This document shows, piece by piece, positions 1 through 13,189 of a stretch of DNA of 64,000 nucleotides (position 1 is its first letter; each line of letters starts with the position of its first letter). This DNA is from Eledone cirrhosa. Lineage: Eukaryota. A program made the translations under genes and the position numbers. The notes under the pieces were generated by a model. That model was not told the origin of the DNA, made no database searches, and worked only from the letters and a program-made list of their open reading frames with translations. The DNA lies in the NCBI GenBank assembly GCA_964016885.1, contig OZ024743.1, positions 40,610,001 to 40,674,000 of the forward strand, read 5' to 3'.

Positions 1-642
1 GAACAATACATGTGTCCCTTAGCGCTTTGTGCGTGTAGAAACACATCCTATTATTAGTTTCCTCCTCTATGTTGAGAAAAAATTTGGTCGTTCCGACTGC
101 TGCTAGTGATAGTGGTGGCCGATTGACCTACCTCCCTCTGCCTCTATCTTTACTTTCGGCCCTTGAAAAAATTGATTCCACTTCATCTCGGGAACAGTTT
201 TGGATAGCGCTAGTTTGTAATTTAAATTCAAGAATTTCATATTCTTCGAATGAAAAGAACCTTCTGACGATAATCTTTCTTTGCAACAAAGGCCGTATGG
301 TCTCCGTTTATTTTTGAGATTCGATATTTGAGGTAACTATAGTAAGTAAAGTCAATTTTTTAAAATTTATTTGGAAACTTTTTCATTATTTGCTAAACCT
401 GATTATATATATATATACAGTATTTACGTATCGAGAGAGAGAAAAAAAAAGGGTTGGGGGTATAGGTGATACATATAGTTATTTGCCAAGTAGCGTATGC
501 CAAAGGTGTTCGATGCTAGTGCCGGCAGTATTAAATATTCGAAGTGTTAATATTTAGTGGGCTAGAGAGTTAGCAGAGCGTAAGCACGTGGGAAAGTAAG
601 AAATCGGAGAATAGACCGTTAAAACATGTTTATTTAAACACC

Positions 643-680
643 ACCCACGTACGTTTCGCCGAGTTGGGCTTTTCAAGGGC
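643..680 (-). ncRNA. Degenerate hammerhead-like motif (PLE type)
   Basis: Minus strand reads GCCC-TTGAAAA-GCC CAACTC GGC-GAAA-CGTACG-T-GGGT. Stem II and a palindromic stem III are present, but the core is TTGAAAA instead of CTGANGA. Confidence 0.3.
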
Positions 681-1009
681 ATAAATAACCAAAAGTGTTC
701 CTTACATTGCTGGGAAAGAGTTTTTGGGGTTAAATTCACGTCAAGGTTCATTGCTCGCAAAAATAGCTTGTTTTGATTTTACAGCTGGTCAAGGGAGGTA
801 ACTCTGGCCGGTGTTAGGGCAGTCTTTCCCGGACAAATTTTTATCCGTTACAAGTATAGGTTACAACCTTACCATTGTCGATAAGCAAAGGGTCATGTAA
901 CCAACGCTTATTTTGTATATATATATATAAAAAGGATCGATCGACTTTCGTCAAATCGGACTGAGGAAACAATGTTTCCTCGGTCTTTCCTGGTCGCAAC
1001 TCCAGGTAG

Positions 1010-1118
1010 TAGGAGCAACGTGAAATAAAGTGACAGAACGCATCGCCCGGTCCAGAAATCGAACTAACAATCTCAAGATTGTGAATCCAATTCTCTAACC
1101 ACTCAGCCACACGCCTTC

Positions 1119-1119
<1 letters not shown>
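1010..1119 (-). mobile_element. tRNA-derived SINE head fragment
   Basis: Minus strand GAAGGCGTGTGGCTGAGTGGTTAGAG (A box) and AGTTCGATTTC (B box); resembles SINE heads at 25772 and 60672. Confidence 0.7.
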
Positions 1120-1172
<53 letters not shown>

Positions 1173-1208
1173 GTATGTATATATATATATGTATATATAT
1201 ATATATTT

Positions 1209-3320
1209 ATTGTTATACTTTGGGAGGGTCATGTTGCCAATAAGAAATACACGGACCAGACACTTTCACTACAATTTATTATAAATTAAATTCATAAAAT
1301 TAAAAATTTATAAATTTCCGGTTGGTTGGTTGGTTCCACAACCGAACGGTTGTTCATATATTGTCAAAGTTCTTTCGTCACACATTCTGTGACCTCTTCT
1401 ATGACTGGGGATTATTTTCTTTGTTTTGTGCCTCTCCTTTATTCTGTCCTACGCCATCTTGTTTTTGTGTGTGTTGTGTGCTTAGATTGCGCCTGTGTTA
1501 CATCCGGGTGCCTGTGTATGTTTTTATTTGTTTATTTATTTATTTGTTTATTAACATGTTACTGGGTGGTTGTTTGTTCTATGTGTGTGTGTGTTTTAAT
1601 TTTGTCCTTAATTTTAAGTTGTGATGTTGCTATTCCATTCATGTTTTCTATTTAATTTTGGTTGGAGTTCATTTATGTTTATTGCCTTTGTGATTTGTCT
1701 TAACAATGCATCTTTTCGGTGTGTAAATTTTATTTTTGTTTCTATGTTCTCTAATTTGTCCTTATGTTCTATTTTAGCATGTTAGTGGAGTATTGATGAT
1801 TCTTTTTTATCTTGAAGCTCTCGCCAGTGTTCATTTAACCGTTCTCTCATACTACGAACTGTCTCACCTATGTACACTATATTCTCATCTTTACATTGTC
1901 CTTCAGTACATCTTATGCTATATACTACATTTCTAGTTTTACAGTTAATATGGAGGCTTAGTTTACAGATTATGCATTTCTTATCTATACAGGGAGGTCT
2001 TTGAAAAGGGTATGTATTACAAATAAGTGTTTTTAATGGAGGTGCCTGGTCTTTCTACTATCTTAATATTAAGATGAAGTTTATCTACGGCCCTTCTAAA
2101 TTTGTAAGTAATTCACCTCTAGGGGTTGTATTTATGAAAATTACACTCAGGTATATATTGCTATCATACCATGAGTTTATTCTATTAACCTTATTCCTAG
2201 TTCTTTCTATTCTATTCCAAAATCTGCTCCTATACAAGGGGCAGGTCCCATTTGTATCATTATTTACTATTTTTTCCCATTTGGTTCTGGCTCCTCTATA
2301 TACTCAGAGTATATAGACGAGCCATAAATAGTAATAAATACCAGAGTGTAATGTTCATCAATACAACCCCTAGAGGTGAATTAGCTTACACATTTAGAAG
2401 GGCCCTAGATAAACTTAAACTTAATATTAAGATAGTAGAAAGACTAGGTACCTTCATAAAAACACTTATTTGTAATACATACCCTTTTCAAAGACCTCCC
2501 TGTATAGATAAGAAATGCATAATCTGTAAACTAGGCCTCCATATTAACTGTAAAACTAGAAATGTAGTATATAGCATAAGATGTACTGAAGGACAGTGTT
2601 AAGATAAGAATATAGTGTACATAGGTGAGACAGCTCGTAGTATAGGAGAACGGTTAAATGAACACCTGCGAGAGCTTCAAGATAAAAAAGAATCATCAGT
2701 ACTCCACCAACATGCTAAAATAGAACATAAGGGAAAATTAGAGAATATAGAAATAAAAATAAAATCTACACACAGAAAAGACGCTATGTTTAGACAAATC
2801 ACAGAGGCAATAAATATATATGAACTCCAACCAAAATTAAATAGAAAACATGAATGGAATAGCAACATCACAACTTACAATTAAGGACAAAATGAAAACA
2901 CACTACACACATAGAACAAACAACCAACCAGTAACATGTAAATAAACAAATAAATAAACAAATAAAAACACACACAGACACCCGGATGTAACACAGGCGC
3001 AAACTAGGCACACAACACACACAAAAACAAGATGGCGTAGGACAGAACAAAGGAGAGGCACACAACAAAGAAAATAATCCCCAGTCACTGAAGAGGTCAC
3101 AGAATGTGTGACGAAAGAACTTTGACAATATATGAACAACTGTCCGGTTGTGGAACCAACCAACCGGAAATGTATAAATTCTTTAATTTATAATAAATTG
3201 GAGTGATGGCATGTGCGTGTGTTTCTTATTGGCAACATGACCCTCCCAAAGTATAACAATATCGGTTTCAACACACGTTTTCAGACAAAGAATCTTGCTA
3301 AACAAATTCAGAAACAAAAT
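1209..3320. mobile_element. Penelope-like element family A, inverted dimer (minus arm ~1209-2288, plus arm ~2327-3260, tail to ~3320)
   Basis: GIY-YIG endonuclease translation (VVYSIRC...YIGETARSIGERLNEH...EAINI...PKLN) on the plus arm, interrupted by a stop at 2600-2602. The reverse-complement copy lies on the left. (TA)n on the left flank. Confidence 0.9.
3084..3126 (+). ncRNA. Type I minimal hammerhead ribozyme, PLE family A
   Basis: GTCA-CTGAAGA-G-GTCACA GAATG TGTGAC-GAAA-GAAC-TT-TGAC. The mirror copy at 1363-1405 (-) has its core mutated to TAGAAGA. Confidence 0.6.
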
Positions 3321-3625
3321 ATATCTATATACAATAAAGTATGAGCATAGAATCATTTGATAAGATATATACACCATCTCCTGTCCCAATCAGCATAATC
3401 AACCACACACAAAAACAATTAAACCAGGCATTAAAATCAAAAGGCACCTATGAAGAAATAATAGATAAATAAACGACAGCCATCTCTCCGCGATCAACAG
3501 CTATAGAATTTTTACCCAGAATTTCGATAGCACGTGGAAATTGATTAAATATATCGTCAACCATACACAATTAGGTATAGAATTAAAGTTAGAAGAAAAA
3601 ATGTATATATACATACCAAGATTAC

Positions 3626-3749
<124 letters not shown>

Positions 3750-3764
3750 GTATATATATCTATA

Positions 3765-4025
3765 TGGTTTGATGGTCTCTATTCTCTCTCGTCCACGATT
3801 TCACAGAACTTATATTCATCGATTTCAGGGATTTGACTCCTTCTTCCTCACTTTTCGTTGCATTACCATCTTTGATTGTTTACTGTCTCGCTCGTTTCCC
3901 TTATTTACGTGTCCTAACGACTTTCTTTAGCCGTTTCTCGCACCAACCGGAGGTATATGGTCTTTAAAGCGATGAAATACCAATGAAGGTTGGAAGATCA
4001 CTGATGACGGACTAAATTTATTCAT
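3765..4025. mobile_element. Unclassified (TA)n-flanked interspersed repeat, copy 1
   Basis: 3815-4025 aligns with 10918-11094 (cgttgc.taccatcttt...ggaagatcactgatga.ggacta). Confidence 0.6.
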
Positions 4026-4034
4026 ATATATATA

Positions 4035-4099
<65 letters not shown>

Positions 4100-4201
4100 C
4101 TATTGAAATTTCCGTTGAAAACAGAAAAGGTCATAGAAGTGAAGAGTGCTCTGTGTAAGTACCAGAGCAAAATTTAATGTATAAAAATCAATACAATATA
4201 A

Positions 4202-4276
4202 TTACCTCATTACCAGATGTTTCCCGAATGAGGCGAATACGAAAGAAAGTCTTCATTCGTTCGTCAGACGAGGCAA
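4202..4276 (-). ncRNA. Type I hammerhead ribozyme (mirror copy)
   Basis: Reverse complement of 4692-4767; stem III reads GAAAC ATCTG GTA. Confidence 0.65.
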
Positions 4277-4691
4277 TATAAAACATGGGTAAATACTTGG
4301 AAAGTCTCATCAAGAAAAGCAAAAAAAAAATATAGACAAATGAATTACAATATGAAATATATAAACATCTTTCAAGAAATATAGTTAGGTGTGTGTATAT
4401 GTATGTATATACGCTCACAGATGTGCATATATGTGTATGCACAAATATATACGTATAGTGAAAAAGTGTGCGTAAATATATATTTTAGGGCAAATGTATC
4501 TGTGTGTCTGTAACGTATATATTTGTTCATACACATATATGCACATCTGTGAGCGTATATACATACATATACACACACCTAACTATATTTCTTGAAAGAT
4601 TTTTATATATTTCATATTGTAATTCATTTGTCTATATATTTTTTTTTGCTTTTCTTGATGAGACTTTCCAAGTATTTACCCATGTTTTATA

Positions 4692-4767
4692 TTGCCTCGT
4701 CTGACGAACGAATGAAGACGTTTCTTTCGTATTCGCCTCATTCGGGAAACCTCTGGTAATGAGGTAA
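4692..4767 (+). ncRNA. Type I hammerhead ribozyme
   Basis: Stem I TTGCCTCGT/ATGAGGTAA; core CTGACGA 4701-4707; stem II CGAATGA/TCATTCG; GAAA 4746-4749; stem III CC-TCT-GG; GUA site with predicted cut after 4758. Confidence 0.8.
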
Positions 4768-4790
4768 TTATATTGTATTGATTTTTATAC

Positions 4791-4855
<65 letters not shown>

Positions 4856-4856
4856 G

Positions 4857-4887
<31 letters not shown>

Positions 4888-4894
4888 GTATATA

Positions 4895-4974
<80 letters not shown>

Positions 4975-5081
4975 TATATATATATGTATGTATTTATATA
5001 TAAATGTATTGGTGTGTGTGTATGTGTCTGTGTGTGTAATGTGACATCATATATATATATATACATTATGTATTTATATAT

Positions 5082-5278
5082 AAAATTGGACAAAAATACC
5101 CTACATATGGAAAATATGTCCAGCAGCTGCTTCAGAGAATCAAACTCTGTACATTTCAAATTCCAGCTGAGCACTCTGTACCATTAAGCTAAAAGGAATT
5201 CTAGAGCTACAGAGTTCAGTCCCCTGTAACAGCTGCTGGCCACATTTACCATTCATTGAGATATATTTATCCAATTTT
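5082..5278. repeat. Old, diverged inverted repeat (~83 bp arms)
   Basis: aaaattgga...ccagcagctg...actctgta...ttcc mirrored by ggaa...tacagagt...cagctgctgg...tccaatttt. Confidence 0.65.
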
Positions 5279-6383
5279 CTAATGTTATTTTCACAGCTAT
5301 TCTCCATCATTGTGAAATGGTCTTGTATATTAAAAGCATATATAATACATATATTGTGTGTGTGAATACACTGGATATAAAAACGATGATGATAATATAC
5401 ACACACATATGATGATATTAAATGATCCAAAAGAACTATTCAGTGAAATATAAAATAAACCTTAAAAGGTAATGGTCTGTGTATATATATATATATATAT
5501 TTATATAGATATATTTATATAAATATATAGATAGTCTTATTGCCCTTACAATGAATACAAAGCAATTACTCTTATTCTGAATGGAATCATTACATCTGGA
5601 CACAAAATAATGTCAAGTATATGCATACATTATAGAACTGAAACCCTTACACTACACTAAATGATCACAATGTTGCATTATGATAGAAAAACTTCAATAG
5701 GTATAATTAATCCCATTAAATCAAATATAGAAGAACATATAAGTGGATCCTTGATAGAGTATTAATAAATGTAATAAAACTCAAGATTAACAACTAAACA
5801 CTCTTGTAACTATGGATAAATACCCTAGTAGTTATACCGTGCGCAACATAATTAAAAGTATTAATTTATTAATTTTCTCTAATTTTATGTTAAGGTTAGC
5901 TCTGCTACCATTATTTCTAGATGTAGATTACACTAAGACTGTCACACTTATAAAAGCATTTGAAACTAATAATACTTCTCAAACTAGGAAAACTATGACT
6001 AACTTCATCTATCCTGCTTTGAAATCTTTAACAGCCACTAAATTTCATTATTTGAAACTTATTCATAGGTATGCTTCTCTAAGGTCAACTACACACAATC
6101 TTTAAATATAAAAGAATAATAAAGTTCATCAAAAAAACAATATATATACATACATATTTCCAAGACAGGGTTCCTCACCTCTTTATCTTTTTATTTACTA
6201 ACATCATTTTCTTCTTTCCCAAAATTTTCCTTGTCTCGATTTTTATATCTTCCATTGAAGGCCTAGTATCTGAAACATTTAAATTATTTTCCAACTATAG
6301 CAATATACTAATAGAAACTAATAGAAACTAATATTCTATTCTACTAATCTCAGTTGTTATTTTCCTTCTTTACTTTGTGTGTG

Positions 6384-6438
<55 letters not shown>

Positions 6439-6493
6439 ATGTATTGATAACAAAGGTAAGTTTCAGTAAACGAATCTACTGAACCACGTAATA

Positions 6494-6801
6494 TCATCAT
6501 CATCATTATCATCATTTTACGTCCGCTTTTCCCTGCTTGCAAGGGTGGGTCGGGAACTGATTCTGGCTTAATTTCTAACACACACCTCATTTACAGTGAA
6601 TGGTGGGTGCTTTTTTGTCATGGCATCTCCACGACCACTTTGCAGTGAAATGATAGGGACCCCAGTCCCTATCATTTCATTTCTACAGCTGAGTAAACTG
6701 GAGCAATGTGAAATAAAGTGTCTTGCGGATGAAACAACACATGACCCGGTTTGAAAATTGAAACCCGGTCTGAGAATTGAACTCACAACCTTTCGATTGC
6801 A
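6494..6801 (-). mobile_element. tRNA-derived SINE family 1 (internal deletion)
   Basis: B box GAGTTCAATTC, central CAAGACACTTTATTTCACATTGCTCC and tail CCCACCCTTGCAAGCAGGGAAAAGCGGACGTAAAA(TGA)n, as in other copies. Confidence 0.85.
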
Positions 6802-6824
6802 AAAAGGTTATATATATATAGTGG

Positions 6825-6869
<45 letters not shown>

Positions 6870-6875
<6 letters not shown>

Positions 6876-7118
6876 CGGGTGACTGTGACACTTAGTGCCT
6901 TCGTGGGCCGCTGATATTTTCAAGAAATATATTTTAAAAAAATGGTCAAGTGATACACATAACTGTGACACTTAGTGCCTTCGTGGGCCCCTGATATATT
7001 CAAGAGATATATTCTAAAAAAAAATATATATCTTATCTCAATTTACTTTATTTCATTTTATTTTATTTTATTTCATTTCATGTTATCTAATTTTATTTAT
7101 TTACTTATTTAATTCCAT

Positions 7119-7149
<31 letters not shown>

Positions 7150-7150
7150 C

Positions 7151-7186
<36 letters not shown>

Positions 7187-7242
7187 ATTTAATTTTAATT
7201 TTAATTTTAATTTTAATTTTAATTTTATTTATTTATTTAATT

Positions 7243-7274
<32 letters not shown>

Positions 7275-8010
7275 TTACATTTAATTATATCTTATATTAT
7301 ATTATTTTAATTTAGTCTATTTTATTTTATTTTAGTTTACCTTATTTTATCTTATTTTATGATTATATTATATTATGTTCTATTTTATATAATTTTAATT
7401 TTAATTTTATATTATTTTATCTCATTCCTTACCCTGTATCACTATTATCTGTATATTTTATATTTTATATGTAAGTTTGTTATGTATTTCTTTATATTTT
7501 CTTATATATATTATAAGTCTGTTTTTCACCTATTTTTTACCTATTCTTACCTAATCCTATCTATCTTATCTACTCTTGTCTGTTCTCTTATCCATGTGTA
7601 TGCTTGTATGTAACTATATGTTGACAGCACCCCGCCCAACTGTGACTGATAGCACCCCTTATTTTTCATTGTTTATTTTATTATCTTATTTTTATTTTTA
7701 TTTTTATTTTTATTCTTATTTTTATTTTTACTTTTACTTCCTTAATATCCTTTATCGTCTATTATTATTTTTCATTCTTCAATGTCTTGGATTTGTTATT
7801 GCTTGTATGGTATGTAATTAACCTTTATGCTCTGATGAGTCCCACTTATAGTGCGGATGAAACAATGTTAGCAAGTAAAGATATGCATATGCTATAGGCG
7901 TTCTTTGTTATTTATTATATCACGGCTCTGTCCTCAGACATTGAGCTAACCTTATACTGCCTGCTGGATAAGTGGAGTGTTATACACCCCTGATCCTCTC
8001 CCTAGTATAC
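6870..8010 (+). mobile_element. Probable PLE 3' non-coding region between (TA)n arrays
   Basis: ~80 bp tandem duplication (6870-7020), long (TTTA)/(TTTTAA) low-complexity tract, hammerhead at 7823-7880 and tail hairpin GCTCTG...ATTGAGC at ~7925-7946. Confidence 0.55.
7823..7880 (+). ncRNA. Type I hammerhead ribozyme
   Basis: CTTTA-TGCT-CTGATGA-GTCC CACT TAT AGTG C GGAT-GAAA-C AAT G-TT-AGCA-AG-TAAAG; all three stems pair. Confidence 0.8.
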
Positions 8011-8062
<52 letters not shown>

Positions 8063-8336
8063 CATACACACAGACAGACACGTAAATTCAAGTCAAATAT
8101 AAAAACCTATAATATAGTTGACTGCTGTTTCATTTACAATATTTCAAAGATGATTCATTTGGCAAATGAAACCACAGTTAATCAAGTTCTAGAAGTGCCA
8201 CTTTGGCTGGATTTGAAGTATCTATTTATGGTGCTTTACATTCAAGAACAAGTCCAGTATATCTTTAAGTGAATGCGCACCTGTACATTATTATAATATA
8301 TATATATAGAGAGAGAGAGTGAGAGTGGTGTATATA

Positions 8337-8390
<54 letters not shown>

Positions 8391-8396
8391 TATATA

Positions 8397-9081
<685 letters not shown>

Positions 9082-9169
9082 ATATATATATATATATATG
9101 TATATAAATGAGTTTCTATGTGTGTTATAGTGTATGTAAACAATAATTCAAATGGTTTGAAGTGATGAG

Positions 9170-9858
9170 TATATGTGAACTTTCATAAAATTGTAGGATT
9201 CTCAACGCAATGGTTAGGTGTAAACAGCTGATTACTAGTATAGTAAAATATCGGGTTAAGATATAACCACATATTTAGATGAGAGAGAGATAGAAAGGAA
9301 GAAATAGCATATAAAGCAAGTGACGAGCAAGAAATGATAGGGAGTATAGAGAGAAAAGAGAGAAGCAGGAATGAGATCAATGGAGCAGAACTTTTGGAGG
9401 ATTTTTGAAAAATAAAGGAAAATAATGGAGAAAAGATGAAGAATATAAACTACAAGAAAAATAGAACTTATGACATTATTAGCTTTCTTCTAGACGTATC
9501 CCACAGTGCTCTTGTTCCCTTATTCCTGTGTCAGACCAACAGAAATTTAGGTTCTGTAGTGTAGGCTAGCCTTATATACATGGTCTTTCATTATACCCAT
9601 GAGAAACCTTGTGACCTAGAAGGAAGCTCATCAGGTCATATGACCCTAAAGTTCTATTTTTCTTGTTAGTTTACTTTCTCATCCCTGCTTTTCTCTTCTC
9701 TCTCTCTATACTCCTCTCATTTCTCATCTCATGCTTTAGACTCTCTTCTTTTCTCTCCGTTTCTCCCTTTGTCTGCTCAATATGTAGTTATATCTTATAG
9801 TAATGAGCTGTTTACTCAACCCACTGAGAATCCAACAATTTTATGAAAATTCATATAT
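9170..9858. repeat. Diverged inverted repeat, probable old PLE hairpin insertion
   Basis: ttcataaaattgtaggattctca...gtaaacagct mirrored by agctgtttac...tgagaatccaacaattttatgaa. The minus strand near 9620-9641 has TATGAC-CTGATGA-GC. Confidence 0.65.
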
Positions 9859-9859
9859 A

Positions 9860-10190
9860 TGATGATGATTGCTGCAACTCGATTTTGAGTAACACTATCG
9901 CTTGATACTTAAGCATGAGCAGGACAACATTGCTTTTTAGTCCCGCTAGGAACTGGCACACACTTACAACAATGGAGGCCTCTTGCAGTAGGTTTATGGT
10001 CCTGTTTTGGTGCCCTTTCAATGACGTTTCTGTCCACCAGCTTAGGTACAATTTTTTCAACACTCCTGATGAACAGAAATGCCAGACAGTGCACAGTTGA
10101 CAATCTCACGTGTACATGGCTCCTCAAATGACTTCCAACGCCTGCCCTACTTAGACAAATATGGCTGCATTCTTTACAGGTTATACACAT
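9860..10190 (-). mobile_element. RTE-type LINE 3' end fragment
   Basis: CKECSHICLSRAGVGSHLRSH C2H2-like motif typical of RTE C-termini, followed by a short (ATC)n-type tail. Confidence 0.55.
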
Positions 10191-10372
10191 ACAAACACAC
10201 ACAGTCATATATATCTATGTAAATATTTTTGTCATATTTCAGTATTTTCTCTTTTTTTCTGTTTTTGTTTGTTTTTTAATTGTTTATACATATACGTTTG
10301 TACATAAAAATAAATAACTTTGTACATATACACATGCAGTAGATATTTCCTGTAATATATATATATATATAT

Positions 10373-10650
10373 ACAAAATATAAACAATCAAATATTTGCT
10401 TAATACATTTAATTGCTGATGATCGTTTCTTCCAGTTAATTGTCTGGAATCATCAGAGTTTACACAATATTTAAACAAGTAATTACATAACAGACAATTA
10501 TTTCAAAGAAAGGATCATCAGCAATTAAATGTATTAAGCAAATATTTGATTGTTTTATGTTTTGTACCTCTGCTCTGTAATGCATCTGATAATTTACATT
10601 GAGCTATTTCTCTTATTGGTAATTGGGTAGTGCAGCATACTTCCCTTTCA
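10373..10650. mobile_element. Short PLE-type hairpin insertion with tail
   Basis: Arms ~10373-10431 and ~10507-10566, each containing CTGATGA; tail hairpin GCTCTG...ATTGAGC at ~10571-10604. Confidence 0.55.
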
Positions 10651-10671
10651 TATTTATAATTATATATAAGT

Positions 10672-10736
<65 letters not shown>

Positions 10737-10739
<3 letters not shown>

Positions 10740-10908
10740 TACTCCGGGTTCAATTGGGGGTAACCACAGTGAGTAAGGTACTCAATACATAGCAAAGTAT
10801 AAATATTTAATAGAGAAATGGCTTCTACAGGACTAGAATTGTTTCATTCAGAAGATATCATCAAATGAAACAATTCTATTCCTGTAGAAGCCATTTCTAT
10901 ATCGAATA
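10737..10908 (-). mobile_element. PLE family D hairpin insertion
   Basis: Tail 10737-10809 is the reverse complement of the tail at 46831-46901. Arms ~10811-10848 and ~10865-10902 meet inside a hammerhead-like motif (TGATGA...GAAACAATTCTA). Confidence 0.75.
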
Positions 10909-10914
10909 TATATA

Positions 10915-11135
10915 TCTTTCCGTTGCCATACCATCTTTGTTTGTTTACATGTCTTGCTCGCTTCACGCTATTTTACTTGTCCCAATAACTTTATTTAGTT
11001 ATTGCTCGCACCAACTAGAGGTATATGATTTTTAAAGTGATGAAATACCAATGAAGGCTGGAAGATCACTGATGAAGGACTAATTTTATTCATATGTAAC
11101 CCATGTGCAAAACCACGCAGCACTCCATTTTTCTT
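10915..11135. mobile_element. Unclassified (TA)n-flanked interspersed repeat, copy 2
   Basis: Homologous to 3815-4025. Confidence 0.6.
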
Positions 11136-11166
11136 ATATATATGTGTATATATATATATATATGTG

Positions 11167-11208
<42 letters not shown>

Positions 11209-11212
11209 TAGA

Positions 11213-11287
<75 letters not shown>

Positions 11288-11333
11288 AAGTAAAATAAAT
11301 AAGTCAAATATTTAAAATTTACCTTCGTTTATT

Positions 11334-11388
11334 ACTGCTATATATATTTCGGTGACAGCCATCTTTGGCTGTGACCTCTTCAGGCAGT
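11334..11388 (-). ncRNA. Type I minimal hammerhead ribozyme
   Basis: ACTGC-CTGAAGA-GGTCACAGCCA AAGA TGGCTGTCACC-GAAA-TATATA-TA-GCAGT: canonical core, long stem II and palindromic stem III. Lies in the TA-flanked fragment ~11282-11548. Confidence 0.85.
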
Positions 11389-11548
11389 CCGAATTAGTGT
11401 GGTATAGACAAATACATATGTTGTTGAGGTGTATAATTTTGTCAATAGTCTGATTGCCCAGTTCCTGGTTGGGTTGTTATTTCTCTGAGGAACTGGAATC
11501 ATATCTGCATACTGAGGTGTCGGTAAACAACCCCACATATACTCAAAA

Positions 11549-11583
<35 letters not shown>

Positions 11584-11585
11584 TT

Positions 11586-11820
11586 TACGTCTGCTTTTCC
11601 CTGCTTGCAAGGGTGGGATGGGAACTGATTCTGGCTTGATTTCTACAGCTGGATGCCCTTCCTAACACCAACCTCATTTACAGTGAGTGCTGGGTGCTTT
11701 TTTTTGCTGTGGCACCTCCACAACCACTTTGCAGTGGAATCATACGGGCACAAGTCCTATATCATTTCTACAGCTGAGTAAACTGGAGCAATGTGAAATA
11801 AAGTGTCTTGCTCAAGGAAA
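11586..11820 (-). mobile_element. SINE family 1, 5'-truncated
   Basis: High similarity to 25443-25772. Confidence 0.85.
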
Positions 11821-12025
11821 AGGTAAACAGAAATAACAACACAATTGGTACAGTATATGGAAGGAATGTATTACGTTAATGCTTGATATAGCAGGAATGC
11901 TAGCTAGTCCTTCATCAGAAGAAAGAATGAGAAATAAGTTAGATTGAAGGAACCGGCGGGGTGCAATTGGAAAATTGTCTTTAGATTAAAATAAGAGGTC
12001 CATTCATGTTGACATTGTTAAAACA

Positions 12026-12540
12026 GCAAGATTTAAACATATGAAATGTGCAAATCTGTATTCAGATTGCTTACTAATGGTTATTTGTAATGAGGGTAAT
12101 TGCACATTTTCCTAGTCACAGGATTATGGTATATCATCCACTATGCAGGGTTGTACTTAAGCAGTAATTTCAAAATAAGCTATATTGTTATATCTTGACC
12201 AATTTTAAAATAAAGAAACAGAATTGTAAGGAAATACAAAGATAGTTGAATTATGATTATACATTTATTCACAATTTTCATTTTAGTCTGTTGTTTGGGA
12301 GAAAAAATGTGTTGTTTATATTTAAAACAGGGCCATAGGGGAATATATTCGCTACTACCCAGTTGCTGTCATTACTCACTCAATGAGACAAGATTTAGAT
12401 GTATTAAACATGCAAATCTGTATTCAGAATGCTTACTAAGGGTTATTTGTAATGAGGGTAATTGCATATTTTCCCAGTCACACGACTATTGAATATCATC
12501 AGCTGTGCGAGTTTGAGCTGAAGTAATAAATTCAAAATAG
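12026..12540 (+). repeat. Diverged ~150 bp direct repeat (12026-12177 and 12389-12539)
   Basis: Shared caagattta...tgcaaatctgtattcaga.tgcttactaa.ggttatttgtaatgagggtaattgca...ttcaaaata. Confidence 0.75.
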
Positions 12541-12844
12541 AGTATATTATACCATTGAGGACTTTTCTTAGGAAGTCTTCATATTTCTGGAGAGGGCAGC
12601 AGTGCTTTCTGGGTGATGTGCAACCCTGTTTTAATATATATATATACATCTATATATTATGGCCACCATTAAGGATGGCATAGGATATTTGGTTTTCATT
12701 GTCTTAGTTCTATAGAGGGCGGTCTGTCTATCTATTATAATAAAATTCAAGTAAATTCCTTCCACATTCCAATACTGTAAATGAGACTTAAGGGTAAGTC
12801 TGCCTCATTTTTGGTCCCAGCTGCCAGAATAGAGGAGACTGGGA

Positions 12845-13030
12845 GACTCGCTATCTTCAATTCAGTATTTGTGCCAACCCTCAGCTATATTCATGAATCT
12901 TGGTTAATGACTGAAAGAATATGATTGTGAATACAAGCAGCTGAAATATGGTCCATTTGAAGTGTCTTTGGAGTAATGTTACTTGATAGAGTGCATAACT
13001 TGGAGATCAGATAGTCATAGAAAGTTTTAT
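12845..13030 (+). mobile_element. Decayed RTE LINE fragment
   Basis: Translates RLAIFNSVFVPTLSYIHESWLMTERI*L*IQAAE...FGVMLLDRVHN, which resembles the RTE post-RT region. Confidence 0.65.
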
Positions 13031-13189
13031 AGCACTACTCATTAGGGACTGAGTTAAACTAGATGAAATACAGTTTGGATTGTGCTAGGTAAAATTACTA
13101 CAGATGCTCTCTTCCTTGTGGGACAGCTGCAGGAGAAATACCTATCTAAAAGTAAACACTTCTATTTAGCTTTCATTATCTTGTGCGCA

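Larger units (their letters stand above)
4099..4792. mobile_element. Non-coding PLE-type hairpin insertion (tail 4099-4176; arms ~4177-4456 and ~4512-4792)
   Basis: Near-perfect ~280 bp inverted repeat with a hammerhead in each arm and (TA)n on both sides. Confidence 0.8.

Noticed and set aside
69-317. 82 aa ORF and its antisense frame as a gene
   Set aside because: No recognisable motif; the segment is cut by the window edge.
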